Below are positions 13,117 through 26,050 of a stretch of DNA of 64,000 nucleotides, piece after piece. Each line of letters opens with the position of its first letter. Within the stretch, counting starts at the first letter, position 1. The notes under the pieces are model-generated. The model did not search any database. It had not been told where the DNA came from and saw only the letters and a program-made list of their open reading frames with translations. The stretch comes from Glaucostegus cemiculus (taxonomy: Eukaryota): contig CDPCPM010000043.1 of NCBI GenBank assembly GCA_976551045.1, positions 1,178,001 to 1,242,000 of the forward strand. The letters run 5' to 3'. Both the position numbers and the translations under genes were made by a program.

Positions 13117-13424
13117 AAGATAAGACAAAATCAGATTTCTTTATTAGTTGCATGTACATCAAAACACACAGTGAAATGCATCTTTATGAAAAAGGTTTGG
13201 TGGCAGCCCACAAGTGTCGCCACTCTTCCGGCACCAACATAGCGTATCCACAGGTTCCTAACCTGTACGTCTTTGAAATGTGGGAGAAAACTGGAGCACT
13301 CAGAGGAAACCCACGCAGTCACGCAGAGAACATACAAACCCCTTACAGGCATTGGCCGGAATTGAACCCAGGTCGCTGGTGCTGTAATAGCGTTCCACTA
13401 ACCTCTACACTACCATGCCTGCCC
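13117..13424 (-). mobile_element. V-SINE (HE1-type) with a Rex1-like 3' tail
   Basis: Minus strand has a tRNA-like head gggcaggcatggtagtgtagagg..ctgggttcaattccgg, central domain tgcgtgggtttcctctgagtgctccagttttctcccaca, and tail tttcactgtgtg..gtacatgcaactaataaa..cttatctta. Confidence 0.85.
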
Positions 13425-13848
13425 TTTTATAATATTATAGATTATAATCCTGAGGATTATAGTTATTATAATATTAGTAATATTACAGATTGATAACCTT
13501 CATAAGAACTGGCCAGTTCTGACAGAGAGACAGCAGGTTCTGTGAAATTGCTGAAATTCATATTGAGTTCCAAAGGGTTCGAAGCATACAGAAGAAAGGT
13601 GAAGCACTACTCATTATTTGTAGAAATAGTGCAGGAGGCCACAGACAGTTAAATCAGACTGGGGCATGGAATGGCAAACTAAAGTGACAGGCAACTGGAA
13701 GCCCAGGGTTGCAGCTCCATACTGAATGTGGATATTGTGCAAAGTGGCCACCCAATCTGCATTTGGTTTCTCCGTTGTAGAAAAGGCCACATCATGAGTA
13801 CTGAATGCAGTACACCAGAATGGAACAAGTGCAAGTGAACTGTTGCTT

Positions 13849-14680
13849 CAGAATCAGAATCGGGTTTATTAAAAATGACATATATTGTGAAATGTGTTGC
13901 TTTGCGGCAGCAGAACAGTGTAAAGACATAAAATTACTATAAATTACAAAATAAAAAATAGTGCCAAAAAAGGAATAGCACAGTAGGGTTCATAGGTTCA
14001 TGGACCATTCATAAATCCTGTGATGTGGTGGAAGAAGCTGTTCCTAAGTCATTGAGTGTGGGTCTTCAGGCTCCCGTACCTCCTCCTCGATGGTAGTAAC
14101 CAGAAGAGGGCATGTCCTGGATGGTGAGGGTCCTTAGTGATGGATGCCACCTTCTTGAGGACCAGCTCTTAAAGATGTCCTTGATGGTGTGGAGGGTTGT
14201 GTCTGTGATGGAGCTGGCTGAGTCTACAACCTTCTGCAGCCTCTTTTGATCCTACGCATTGGAGCCTCCCTCCCAGGCTGTGATGCAACCAGTCAGAATG
14301 CTCTCCACCATACATCTATAGAAATTTGCAAGAGTCTTTGATGACATACCAAATCTCCTCAAACTCCTAATGAAATAGAGCCATTGGCATGCCTTCTTCA
14401 TGATTGCATTAATGTGTTTGGCCCAGGATAGATCCTCCGAGATGTTGACGCCCAGGAACTTGAAGCTGCTCACCCTTTCCACAGCTGATTCCTCAATGAG
14501 TACTGGTGTGTATTCTCCCAGCTTCCCCTTCCTGAAGTCCACAATCAGTTCCTTGGTCTTGCTGACGTTGAGTGCAAGGTTGTTGTTGTGACACCACTGA
14601 ACCAGCTAATCTATCTTACTCCTGTACACCTCCTCCTCGCCATCTGAGATTCTACCAGTAACAGAGGTGTCATCTGCTAG
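13849..14680 (-). mobile_element. Rex1/Babar-clade LINE 3' fragment nested in the Penelope relic
   Basis: ORF 14252-14542 (DFRK..VERVSSFKFLGVNISEDLSW..KKA.Q.LYF.RSLRRFGMS..FYRCMVESILTGCITAW) is homologous to the 26582-27619 ORF. (GATTCT)n-type tail and AATAAA at 13849-13870. Confidence 0.9.
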
Positions 14681-17284
14681 GGCCATTTGGATCCCTACAT
14701 GGTGGGAGGGGATAAGGTTAAAGGGCAGGTGCGGCATCTCCTGCAGTTACATTAAGAAGGGAGTGGTTGTGGAAAAAGGAGTCACAAATGGACCATTTTC
14801 TTCCGAATACAGAAAGGAGAGGGGAAGATATGTCAAGCAGTAGAATCTCATTGAAGATGGCGGAAAGTGCACAAGATTATCTATTGAGTGTGGGGCTTCA
14901 TGGAGTTCAAGGTGAGGACAAAGGGCATTTAATCCTTTCTTAGTCAGGGGGAGGATGGGGATAAAAACAGACTGGATGAGACAAAGTTAAGGACCGTGAC
15001 AGCTATGGTAGAGGGGAAACTATGGTTAAGGAATAAGGAAGACATTTGAAAGGCAATTGTGTGGAAGGTGTCACCATCGGAGCAGATATAATGGAGATGG
15101 ATGAACTAGAAGAATACAATGAGTGCCTTGCCCCTTTAGCACTATTACAAACAAAAGTGGTCCCTTGAAAGAAATGAACAATTATGTTAATATGCTAGAG
15201 GATATGCCTAAAATTATTGAGGATTATAGAAAGTGTATTGCCAACCAGAAAATGTCTCAATCAAAACTTCAATTTATATTCTGATTGCTTGAGTCTGGGT
15301 TCAAAGTTCAGTGTTATTTGTCTTTTGGTGTCCATTTTGTTTAACCCATGTATAGTCAAAATCCTCATTAAAATCTCCAGATTTTTTTGTGGTAAAACAT
15401 ACTTTGCAAACTATCTATAAAATTCAACCCATTGCAAACCAGCTGCAATTGATGAAGGGCATTGACAGATCCAGGACCAATGCTGCATTCCTGACCCAGA
15501 AAGGATTTACAGATTCCTCTAACTCAATGCTTCCAAAGCTAACAAACACTGGATATCAAATAGAAGCAGAAAATGGCGGGAATGCACTTCAGGGATGGAA
15601 AGGCTAGTGCTTTGCTTGGGCCTTTCATATGATTTTATTGAGCAATTTGGGATTCACCCCAGATATAGGTTAGAATCATTGAGACTATTGAGTTATGCCA
15701 AATTGTAATGATATCTCTCCCCAAAAACTTTATGAGATATAAATCAGGCAAGTCACAGCTGTAATCATATCATATTTCATATAAATTGTAATTATATGGC
15801 TCAGGATTCCCAACCAGTGGTGAATCAACAGCTGCTGCCGCCGCCCTCGAGGAAGGCTGCCCACAAAGCTGCAGTGAAGACTGTGATGTGGCTCCTACCT
15901 TTGCTGACATCTGTTGCTATCAGACATCAGCCTGAGGCATCCAGCAGCAATGATAACTCCAAGTAGGATGGGCAGATTATCACAGTGAAGAATCCACACA
16001 GCAAAATGTAAAAGGAACATATTTAATAAACATTTTGATCACTTTGCTGTGCATGAAATGGAAAGTACGGAAAGTATACACAAGGTTACAGTAGAAGCTG
16101 AAATATCGTCAACACAATTTAAAAAATAAATCTAAAGCACATTTTATTTTTTAAACTGGTTTTGAAATATTTATCTGAGGGATTGACAATCCTCACATAT
16201 GTAAATAGATTTTGGAGTTCAATCGTTGGAATAACCAGAAACCTGGGCCATAAAATAATACTTTGTATGAACTAGCACACGGTGGCCTTCTGACAGCTTG
16301 CACTGGGAGAACCCAAGAGGCAGAATGGACCACAGCAACAAGACTCTGCAGAAGGCAAGAAAAACAGGACGGTAAACAAATGAACTTAGGTGTGAAAAAA
16401 AATCTGAGTTGATTCAATCATGGTTTATGAGAAAAAGCTGCGTGGATGATTACAGGATCGGTCAGATCTTCTGAGAGCACTAGTTCATAGTAGATCAGAC
16501 TGTGCAGTAGTCTCTGTTCTGTTTCACTCCAGGTCAACAAACAGAGCAACAATTATGGTCATATTCACTTGGGTTAACAAAATAATAAATGAGTGACTCC
16601 ACACAGGTCTGCGGATCAATTCCTTCTGGCACACAATACTGTACAGAATCTCCCCCGCCTCTTTGTTTCGGGGGTTTCACTCCACTTTGAGAACCATAGA
16701 ATTCTCCAAGACAAAGTGAGGTGTTATTCAATGATTTGGGAATTTGGGAAAAACTAGTGCATTGTTTGATGCTTAATTGTTGATGAGATTATTTTCAAAT
16801 ATCTCATTAATCACCTTTTATTTAAGATTGTTTTCATTAAATATAAAGAGAGAAAATATATAAACTATAGTTTTAGTTAAAGTATTTCCATCACTGAAAG
16901 GAACCCTACTTTCAGGTTGTAATCCTTCCGCCCTATGTCCATTACCACTCAGTGTGTTGCAAGCACCGAGAGCAGGGAGCAGAAACCAATGGAGGTCCTG
17001 AAGTGGCCCACTTGTCCGCACTGCTGCCCCTTCACCATCTGTCAAAAGAGTTATCCACTCAATCATTTATTAAAGGGAATTGACAACAATTCCCAGTAAT
17101 AACAACATACCTGAGTTTAGCTGTCAGGCATTGCTTTGTGAAGTTTTGTTTTGTGGGTGGCAGCAATATATGTGATGGCTGTTCAGGTGGTCTCCCGCAC
17201 TTGTCAGTGAGACCCTTCATAGTGCAGGGCTCACTGCTGGGCCAGACTGTCAGATTCCATCAGGAGTGGTGAGAGTCAATCAGT

Positions 17285-17670
17285 CCAAAGCTGGAGTATT
17301 GTGTGCAGTATTTGTCTGAATACCAAGGTAAAACTATACATATCATTGGAGGGAGTGCAGCAAAAATTCACCATACTGATCCCTAGCATGGCGGGGCTGT
17401 CGTTTGAAGGAGAGACTCAGTTGACTTGGCCTGTATTCACAAGAATTTAGAAGAATGAAAGGAAATCTCATTGAAACATATAAAATTGTGATGAGACTTG
17501 ATAGACTAGATGCAGGGTGAATGTTTCCTCTGGCTGTGGTGGGGGGGATGGGGGTTGGGAGAGATGTTCTGAAATCAGGGATCAGAGTCTCAGAAGACAG
17601 GGTAAGACATTTAGGATTGTGATGATTTGAAACTTCTTTTCTCAGGGGGTGGTGAACTTGTGGAATTCTC
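17285..17670 (+). mobile_element. CR1 LINE 3' fragment
   Basis: ctggagtattgtgtgcag (LEYCVQ), gagggagtgcagcaaaaattcacc, agaagaatgaaaggaaatctcattgaaacatataaaatt (RRM.G.LIETYKI). Confidence 0.8.
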
Positions 17671-18308
17671 TGTCACTGGAGTTGTCTGATGTTGGGGGTG
17701 TGAGATAGGGTTAGGATATGAAAGAATGGAAGGGTGGATACATTGTGAGGAGTACAAGTCTGGGGTTTGTTTCTGTGGGGAGGTGGAGCCAGTGGGCAGC
17801 CGAAGGAGGGAGAGAGTCAAGAAGAGTCAGATAAATGAATGGATGAGGAAAAGGGGGCCTGCCTGAGTTGGGGTCCTGGAACTGCCTGGAATCTGTTCGA
17901 TAAGGCCTCTTTCACATAGACCAGAACTAGGCCTCACAGAGCTACATACATCTGCTTCAGCATGAGTGATCTGCAGGTGGCATGGCCGCACATTCACAGG
18001 TAATAATAACGTTGAGATGTGCATGATGCTGCAGTAGACACCACTGTACACCTCTAGGTTACTCTGTGCATCAGCACGTCAGGTACAGAGGACTCAGAAA
18101 CAAAATCACAAAGTTTGTCCAAATAATTTTTTCACATAAATTGGATCAAGTGTGTAGTGGCCTCCTGTGATCCAACTTCCAGACAGGGCTAATTTCAGCT
18201 TGGATTTACCTGTGTTATGCATAACATTCCAAAGAGCAATTATTAGTAGATTGATTTTAACATTCCTTCTGCTAACTGCTAAGGATCATTGCAGAGATCA
18301 AGGGCTAA

Positions 18309-18312
<4 letters not shown>

Positions 18313-18348
<36 letters not shown>
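18313..18348. repeat. (GT)n microsatellite
   Basis: About 18 uninterrupted GT units. Confidence 0.95.
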
Positions 18349-18349
<1 letters not shown>

Positions 18350-19149
18350 GGGGAACTGCTGAAGGGAAAATACTATACATTGGATGACGTCTAGTTACTG
18401 ATAGTGTAGCCAGAGAGTATAACATATCAAATGTTACCCTACATGGGCAGTGAAACAGGTAATTTAATCCAACCAAATGTAAGTTGCTGTAACAAGTCTG
18501 TAGAGCAACTGAAATGCCAGTCGTACAAAATATCAGACCAGTTGTCATACTAACCTCACTTTATTATATTTGGACGTGTTTGCAATTTACTTTCATGATT
18601 CAGAAAATTGCTCGTGTTGTGGAGATAATGAATAAAGTGCTATTGTGCACCGCTTGAGCTGATAAGAGAACCTGACACACAGTTACCATCGCACCAACTT
18701 GGATTGATGGTATTAATTTACAGTCTTGTCAGTGCTTTAATGGGAATGCATTACAGCCCAGTAAATAACTAAAGTCTTGGGTTACTCCAGAATTGATTGA
18801 ACAGCTTGTGTGGCTGCTAGCATTAACTCCACAGGAAGGCTCTGGTCTGACATAGCTCATACCTTTTTTGAAAGAAGTGTTGCATCTGCATTTGGCCTCC
18901 AGGAGACACAGTTGAGTTTCTCTATTCTCTATCCTCTTTGACGTAAATTGGTTCCTAAGTCTGTAGAACTGCATGCTGAGTGAGCTCCTATGCCACCACG
19001 CTTTGCATAGTATCATGAGCAGATAAGCAGGGCAGCACTTAGGGAGACAGCACTCTTTACAGACAAGCTTCTGTACTTGGAGATTTAACTGATTCACCTT
19101 TTCTGGATTATTTAGCTCATTTATCAAGGATTGTTATCATGGCTGAGAC

Positions 19150-20200
19150 CTTAAAAAAGCATGAAAAATAGAATTGGGAAAATCCTTGAGCCCACTCCAC
19201 CATTCAATAAATCCATGGCTGATCTGGTATTGGCCTTGTCTTTCCTGTTGTTTACCATAACTATGGTCTCCCCCATTATCAAAAGCTGTTATCTCAGCCT
19301 TGACTATATTCAATGAATCTACTGTGTGATAGGAAGTTCCAAAGACCCACAACCCACTGAGAGAAGAAATTCCTCTATCTCTCTCTCACTCCCACTCTTT
19401 CTCTCTCCCTCTCTCTCCCTAAAATGGGCCACCCTTTATTGTGAAGTTCTCCTGCTCAGTTCTCAGTTCCCCCACATGGGAAGCATACTCTCAAGAGCAA
19501 GCATTCCTCAGAATCTTATATATTTCGATAAAATCAGCTCTGCTTCTAAACTTCAACTTGCTCAAACCTTCCTCTTAAGGCAACCCCTCCATCCCAGGAA
19601 TCGACCATGTGAACATTTTTTAGACTGAAAGTAATGCAATTAGGAGACCTAACCTATACAATCTATTCCCGATGTGGCCTTGCCAACACCCCGTATAGTT
19701 GTAGCATGATTTCCCTATTTTTAAGCTCCATCCCCCTTACAATGAAGACTGACATTCTTTTTGCTTCCAAATCACTTGCTGTACCTGCATGCCAACTTTC
19801 TGCATTTGGTGTACAAAGACACATGGAACCATCTGCACAGCTGCTTTCTGTAGTCTTCTCCCACTTAAACAATATTCTGCTTTACACTTCTTCCAACCAA
19901 AGTGAATAACCTCACATTTCCTCACGTTTTAGCCTTTCTGCCAAATGTTTGCCCACTCACTTAACCTATTGATATCCCATTGGAGTTACCTTCAGAAAAT
20001 GTTTTCACACCCGTCTTTTTATCATAAGGAAATCAGTTTCTTCATCTGAATCAAACATTATGGAGAACTGAGGATCCACTCAGTTCCCTATGCATTTCCA
20101 CCAGCAACAATTTGTCAACCAGAAATGATCCATTTATCTCCTTTCGTTATTAGTTAGCTATTCTTTTACACATGCCGGTCTATTATTACCGGTACCACGA
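19150..20200 (-). mobile_element. CR1 LINE 3' part, degenerate
   Basis: Minus-strand peptides KCEVIHFG.K..KAEY.L.G..LQ and RGMELKNREIMLQLYGVLARPH. 3' UTR-like sequence at 19150-19350. Confidence 0.8.
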
Positions 20201-20789
20201 TCTCCGTAGTCCCAACTTCCCATCTTTTTAGAAGTCTGGATTATGATTTATGAACAACAGTCAGTTTAAGTTGTTTTTCTTCTTTGACTGGTTTGAAAAA
20301 TAAGATTGGGGTCCAAATTGCATCATAGCAGCCTCATATTTCAATGTTAATGTGGCTTTTATCTACTTGAAGTGGATGTGCCAAAAAAGGCAGCAGTTAA
20401 AATGAAACTGGGTGAGAGCACTTTGGATATAACTGTACTGCTGCCATTTTAATTGCCTAAGCATCCTGTTCCTGTTCATGGTAATATTTAAAACTGACCC
20501 AGTTTAGTTTTTGTTTCAAAAAGTTTGCTTAAAGTAACCCTGAGATCTATAACTAAATGAGTTGATGCAAGCTAAGTTCAAGATTTTTTAATTATTCATA
20601 ACACTTAAGTGTTATATAGTTTAACATTGATTCTTCTGGTTTGACATAAAAAGGAAATCAAATGTATGGCAAATTTGTCTTCCTTTTCCAGTCAGGTGGC
20701 CCTCCTTGACTTTCTGATATCTGTACCTTAAATCACAGGTGGAGAAACACATATATATAATGATGTAAATTTCCAGGGAATATTAGGCA

Positions 20790-21170
20790 ATTGTTTTTTA
20801 TTCATTCATACGAGGAAAGCATCATAAGCAAGGCCAGCTTTTCTTGTCCGAGGTTAATATTATGAAATTGCTTGCAACAATTTGGTACAAATGAATGGTC
20901 TGTTGGGTGATTCAGAGATTATAAAGAGTCAATTACTCTGTTGTGGGTCTGACTCAATTGAACCAAACCTGGTGAGGAAATAAGGGTTCTTTTCTTGAAG
21001 GCATTACTGAACCATTGTTTTTTAATCACAGACAAGTATTTCATAATCACCATTCCAGACACCAACATTTTTATTCCAGGTCTGTTGAATCACTTTGCTA
21101 AATTTACACATAACAACAATCAAGTGAGACTTTAACTCAGGTATCTGGACTGTTTGTCCATTCATTTAGC
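20790..21170 (-). repeat. Interspersed LINE 3'-end-like repeat (same family as 57300-57470)
   Basis: ttttttattcattc..ggccagc is the reverse complement of the gccagc..catccc..aataa..aaaaaaa end at 57420-57470. Confidence 0.45.
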
Positions 21171-23932
21171 CTAATTAAATAGGAATATTTCAACCACCTT
21201 CGTATTCTGTAAAATATTTCACTGATATCTAAAATATGTAGTTGTTTGGCTTTCCTGGTTTGTTGTCTTTGAGAATTATTCAATGTGATTTAGCTGTTCA
21301 GCCAACTTGATGACATCACTGTTGCTGATTGCCAGTGGAATTCCTCTGAACTGAGGCCCAACAACAACTAATGTCAAAAGGATCATCTCCTCTCCACAGA
21401 CACTGCTGGATCTTTTGTGAGCACCTTTCCTTGAGGACAATGGCAAGCACTGTCTCTTCTCCACTGTGAGCTGCATCAAATCCACTGATTCAGAGTGACA
21501 AGGAGAATCTTGGGACACAATGATGGTAGAGGCCACTTCCAGTAAAAATGTATGGGATTTATCAAACAGTTGGTGACAGACTGCCCGGTCGATAGTCAGA
21601 GCACACCTGGACTGCATAAACCGTGGACTCAAGTTTGATGAATTATATAAAGATACACAAAAAGAACCAAGTGAAATGAGAGAAAAACTTGCTTCTGCAC
21701 TTGGAGCCTGCAGTGCACTGTTTGTAGTGGAGGCAGACTGAATGCAGGATTCAAGTAAAGTCTTACAAGTAAACCAGGACTGCTGCTGCCTAATGGCCAG
21801 TCCCTAAGAAGGCAAAGTACAGGCTGCAGCAATTTAAAAATAAACTTACGTGAAAGTGGAACCAGCAGGAACAGTGGTTCTCCTTCTGTCTCCACTTTGA
21901 GACCATGTCATTGGCTTTCACCACAACCCCCTCATGTGATCCCAGCCACCACGTTTTCAATCATCGCTGACTGTTATCCTACCTCTTGGCTTCACTCTTC
22001 CATTCTCCTTCTCCAGACAACTGTCTCATGAACACTCTTAGGTATCCAAATGCACCAATTTAATATTAACTGCGTCCAAGCCCATGGATTTAGGTGCAAG
22101 GTTTGGTGCAAAAAAAAGACTATGTCAGATTTCTAGACTATGAGCTTTCTTGGCACAAAAACTGTTCTGATCTCATTTCTTGTTTATCATCTGTGCATTG
22201 TCCATTGAAGCTCACTTGTAGTTTATAACAATATGTGACGCAAATCCTTTAGTAAACTAAAATTCAAGTGCCATCTGTCAATAACTGCTCAACATTTAAA
22301 ATGATAGATATTCCACTACAATAAATATGCATTATATTTGGGCCTGGCCCAAAATAAATTTTACTTTCACATGCTGCGACTTTTATATATCATTGCTTAT
22401 CTTAGTTTTAAAATATTGCAGATGTTCTGAGCCAAAAGTTTGGAAATTTGGACCTTTTGTCAGACTTTTCCAGGTCATTGGGGTAAAATTTCCTCTTGGA
22501 AATGGGATAGAAAAGCAACTGAAATGTAAACCAAGCTGTTCATTCACTATCACTCACTTATGCTCCAACTGAAGGCAAATTTTTATCAGTGTCTCAACAT
22601 TTAAAAGTATCAGGAGAGGTAAAGATAAAGATAAACCTTTCAGCACTGAAGTGGTTTAAGGAGGAGCATGATTCTGTGTATATTAATTATATATTTAAAA
22701 ATTGCCTTAAAAGTAACCTAAAAAGGGCAACTATCTGGACCACAGAAAGAGCATATTTTCCTAAACAAAAGGACCTGCTTCAAATGTTGGCTCTGGGTGT
22801 CTTATGTGCTGCCACGTGGCACACACCCCTCACTTAATCCTTGCCTTTTATGCCACTTGAGTTGGACACTAAAGATTGTGGGCTAGAGCTGCCAAGAGCA
22901 ATTTCAGTATAATTCATGTTACTGGGTATTCCAGACACTTCTCTCTAAACTTGGTCAAACTCAGTCAAAGATAAGTTTACCTTTAACAAAAAAGATACCA
23001 TAAGTGCCTGATGCACATCATTGAAACTAAATTAATAAAAAAATGGAGACTGTTAGACTGTATTGGAAAATCTGTCAACAAACACATGGAGTAAAACATG
23101 GAATAAAAAGTGAAACACTAAAAGCTGTAAATATTATGGGTAGAGATACACTAAACAAGTGGTTAAGCATTTATTAAGTCTTGATTAATCTCATGGAAAC
23201 TGCAACATTTTATATTGTGTGATATGGAACCATGGTTAGAAATGTCGGGTCTGATCAAGTACACCAGTCCCTGTTTTGGATTTCTAAATCAAATCAGTCA
23301 CAGTGCCATTTGATGCTGCTAATCATTCTGTTTGTAAGTAGGATTATCAAATGTCAAGAGAGAGAGGGAGAGAAAGGGAGTTGACTCGCAGCAAATCTAC
23401 CCTGGGTGGAGGAGGCTGCGCTGTGAGAGATTGATTTGGCACACTGGGTTCATAAGTCTGCCTCCGATTTGTTTCATGACGGTTTGCATAGTTGTACAAG
23501 TACGTTTTAGGGTGTTATTCATCTGTTTAAAGCTATTTTGGATAGCAGTCATATTTCTTCAATTACCAGGGCACTCAGTTTCATGCTATTTGCTGACCCT
23601 AGGAGATATATTGCAGTGTAACTTTGTATCTTTTAATGGGTATACACTTATCTTTGCCTGTCAGTTCCCTGGTCCGTAATTGCTGATTTCTCCTGCAGTT
23701 GGTTACTTGTATTGTCCAGCCTCTTGTGTGTACAATATATTGTCGTGAAAAGTGACATCTTCAGATTATCTGGGTTTCACTTCAATTCTCTCTTGAAAGA
23801 CCTTTGTTTTTGTCTTAGGTTCTCCAGATAGTAACACAAGATAAGCATAAAAGATTTTGTTTATCATGTGGTAAATAAAGACATGAATCATAACACAGGT
23901 GAAATACTGTGGTATTGGCATTTGCTTCACAC

Positions 23933-24125
23933 TAATCATTTATCCCTCGGTCTACATCACTATTGACAGAAGATTATCTTGTTCTTACCCCATTACTGCA
24001 TGTGCCAACTAGCTGTGTGTAAATTACTTGCAGTGTTTCTTCCATTCCAATCAGTAAAAGTACTTGAAAAGAGTTTCACTGGTGGTAACGTTCTTGGATG
24101 CCTGAGGTCAGGAAGATGTGCTTTA
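23933..24125 (+). mobile_element. DeuSINE/SacSINE-like ancient SINE, 3' part
   Basis: atttatccctc..acatcact..agattatct..gctgtgtgtaaatt..aaaag..ttcactggtggtaacgttcttggatgcctgaggtc resembles the Deu-domain/L2-derived tail as I recall it. Confidence 0.5.
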
Positions 24126-26050
24126 CTTTTGATTCTTTATTTTGAGCTTGTAAGTGTTTCACATAACTTGTCTCCATTCTTCAGTCATTACTCCAGCTCT
24201 GATCCGGATGAAACCATTATGGAAATATGCAACCAGCAAAAATTCTGAAACCTCTCCCTTCATGTTTCAAAGACCTCTAGGTATCTTCATGGTCTGTGAG
24301 GTTTTCTACTGATTCTGAAGTTGAAAAAGGTGCTTATATAAATGTGTAGTAGAAAGAAAAAGCAACCGCTGGAAGAACTCAGCAAGTTAGACAGCATCTG
24401 CGGAAGCAAAGGGATAGTCATTGTTTTGAATCAGGATGCTGCATGAGGGCTGAGGGCTGAGAGGGAAGATAGCCAGCTCCTCCAGGTTCCTATAGACTTT
24501 AGTGTCTCTACATGTGTGCCTCTTTTTGGGAAATAAAGGAAAAGTGGTGATGACATAGTTGAAGCATGACAGTCAGGGTTAAGGTCAGTTCAAGAAAGAA
24601 GGAAGGTGGAAGATACAACATGAATTCACTGGGATGATCAAAGTAAAAGAATGGCCTATGGCAGTGAGAAAGTTTGGGCCCTTTATGTCAAGAGATCTGA
24701 GAAGGCAGGAGATGACATATTTCAACTTTCAAGATTAAAAAGTGATCTCCTACTTCAAATGGTAATAGAGTGGTTTACTTGTCATTGAGGCAGTGAGTAT
24801 GGTTAGGTAGAGTTTGGGAGAGAGTGGGAATTAAAAGTAATTAAACTGCAGATGAAAACTATATACCTGGATGACGCCTAGAGCTTGGAATTCTCTGCCA
24901 CTAGCTGCTGAAGTGGAGTCGATAAGTGCCACAAAAGAACTAGATAACTGAAAGTGATGGGTACGAAATGATAAGAGGAGAGAAGGAGTGGAGAGCAGAA
25001 TGGAGACAGGGTCCTGCCAGGCTTTGTACTCCTCATGTAATATTCAGATGTCTTGTTGCTCCAACCCAAACAATCAAAAGAAATGACCAGCACACAGAAA
25101 AATCTAAGTTAATCATTGTTTTTTTTCAATTAAATAATGAAACATTTTTATTTTGACATCTGCTTGAATTCCTGAGCAACAATTTCAAGTGGACCACCAG
25201 AACAGCACAAACTGGTGTATGTTATAGGCCAAGTTGTCCAAATAATGGATAAAAACAAATGGGAGATGGACTGACAATGGAGCAACTCGCTGAATGATGC
25301 AAAACATTTGCCAAGTGGAAAATCATTCTCACTTGATGACCTGAACATGCAATTTTGGGGAGGATAGCATTCAGCAAGCCAAGCAAACCCTGACTCCTGT
25401 GGTGGGGAACATAGTAACACACAAGGTAGATGAAAGTTTCTGGTAAACTGACTGGTCTCAAGGAAATTATTGGGTGGGAGTTGGTTTCTGCCCATATTGG
25501 AGCAGAGATATGCAAGGTTCTGGGAACATCTGACAGAAGCCAAAGCCCCAAGGAACAACCGACCTGAGCTTTGGCTTTATCAGCACATAGCCGTTGATCT
25601 GTGAAAGCCAATCTGATGCTCAGAAACAGCTTCAGCAGGCTTCAGCTGGCCCAAGTACCTCTCCAGTCGTGGCCTTTTAGTGGGACAGTAAACAGATGGA
25701 GAGATGATCAGGAGGGAGAAGGTCTATTGGCAGGCAGTTGAATGGAGACTGCCTGTGGTCTTTGCAACTTTTATAATGCAAGGAGGATGCTCTTTTACTC
25801 TTTTGTTGACAGCCTAGATGGTTGGAACATAGTTATCCTGAACACAACAGGACCAGTGCCAGCTGACAAATTTGAGACAGGGCCTTGTACAACCATTAGG
25901 TCCTAATTTGTTTTTACACACACTGTTTCAGGCACAGGCTCTGGGTTCCTATCCTGGAGTCTTCATAAATATGGTGGGTGGTGAATTTCTGGTGCAGAGT
26001 GTGCCTTGCTGTCCTCCTGCACGGTGCTGGATGTAAACATCACTGACTAC

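Larger units (their letters stand above)
12712..15130 (-). mobile_element. Penelope-like element relic (GIY-YIG endonuclease region plus terminal repeats), interrupted by a SINE and a Rex1-type LINE
   Basis: Minus strand 13850-13720 reads KQQFTCTCSILVYCIQYS*CGLFYNGETKCRLGGHFAQ, matching the Penelope FTC.S.NLIYCI.C..CGL.YIGETKRRL..RF.EH motif. Terminal-repeat arms at 12712-12836 and 13060-13515. The element resumes at ~14680. Confidence 0.75.

Noticed and set aside
16255-16376. Possible exon ending ACG|GTAAAC
   Set aside because: No clear acceptor and no recognisable peptide.
21352-21741. Selenoprotein reading of the multiple in-frame TGA codons
   Set aside because: No SECIS-like element or selenoprotein similarity is visible. 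Mutational decay or chance is simpler.
25148-25611. Overlapping 136-aa and 129-aa minus-strand ORFs
   Set aside because: Non-ATG starts, no motifs and no splice context. Probably chance or an unrecognised repeat.
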